A stretch of 6,052 nt of DNA from Octopus sinensis. Taxonomy: Eukaryota. Location of the stretch: positions 1-6,052 of the forward strand of contig NW_021829701.1 in the NCBI RefSeq assembly GCF_006345805.1. The letters are read 5' to 3'. The notes under the pieces were generated by a model. It searched no databases, was not told where the DNA came from, and saw nothing but the letters and a program-made list of their open reading frames with translations. Every line of letters begins with the position of its first letter. Positions within the stretch are counted from its first letter, which is position 1. Below, piece after piece: positions 5,747 to 6,052 of the stretch. The translations under genes and the position numbers were made by a program.

Positions 5747-6052
5747 TTTACTCCTATATTTTACTTGTTTCAGTCATTTGAGTGTGGCCATGCTGGAGCA
5801 CTGCCTTTAATCGAGAACATCGAACCCAGAACTTATTCTTTGTAAGCCTAGTACTTATTCTATCGATCTCTTTTGCCGAACCGCTAGGTTATGGGGACGT
5901 AAACACACAGGCATCGGTTGTCAAGTGATGTTGGGGGGACAAACATAGACACACACATACATATACATATATATACGATGGGCTTCTTTCAGTTTCCGTC
6001 TACTAAATCCACTCACAAGGCTTTGGCCGGCCCAAGGCTATAGTAGAAGACA
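5747..6052 (-). mobile_element. tRNA-derived SINE, family A, 3' portion (5' head runs off the window)
   Basis: The reverse complement aligns with 2985-3339: TGTCTTCTACTATAGCCTTGGGCCGGCCAAAGCCTTGTGAGTGG...GAAACTGAAAGAAGCCC, TG/TA repeat, GTCCCCCCAACATCACTTGACAACCGATG, GATAGAATAAGTACTAG and CATGGCCACACTCAAATGACTGAAACAAGTAAAA, followed by a short GAGTAAA-type tail. Confidence 0.9.

Noticed and set aside
1-6052. CRISPR array, rRNA or prokaryotic operon features
   Set aside because: There are no regularly spaced repeat-spacer units or rRNA-like sequence, and the composition and repeats are those of an animal genome.

Overview
AT-rich, microsatellite-dense eukaryotic non-coding DNA made up almost entirely of mobile elements, with no supportable host exon. 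The SINE families match repeats I recall from Octopus genomes; this assignment is from memory and not from a search. Contents in order: (1) a complete but decayed 1429-bp Tc1-family DNA transposon (679-2107) with a DD34E transposase pseudogene, 27-bp TIRs, TA target sites and an extra TIR-like site at the left end only; (2) a 209-bp hairpin-rich cassette (2446-2654) embedded in (TA)n that begins with a minimal type I hammerhead ribozyme with a palindromic stem III, as in Penelope-like element (PLE)/retrozyme hammerheads; this is the most interesting signal; (3) five tRNA-derived SINE copies from two families that share a body module but carry three different 3' tails, plus a ~58-bp antisense retro-tail inserted in one copy; (4) an isolated L1/Tx1-type endonuclease fragment; (5) several TA/CA microsatellites. 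Most ORFs in the supplied track are microsatellite or repeat artefacts.
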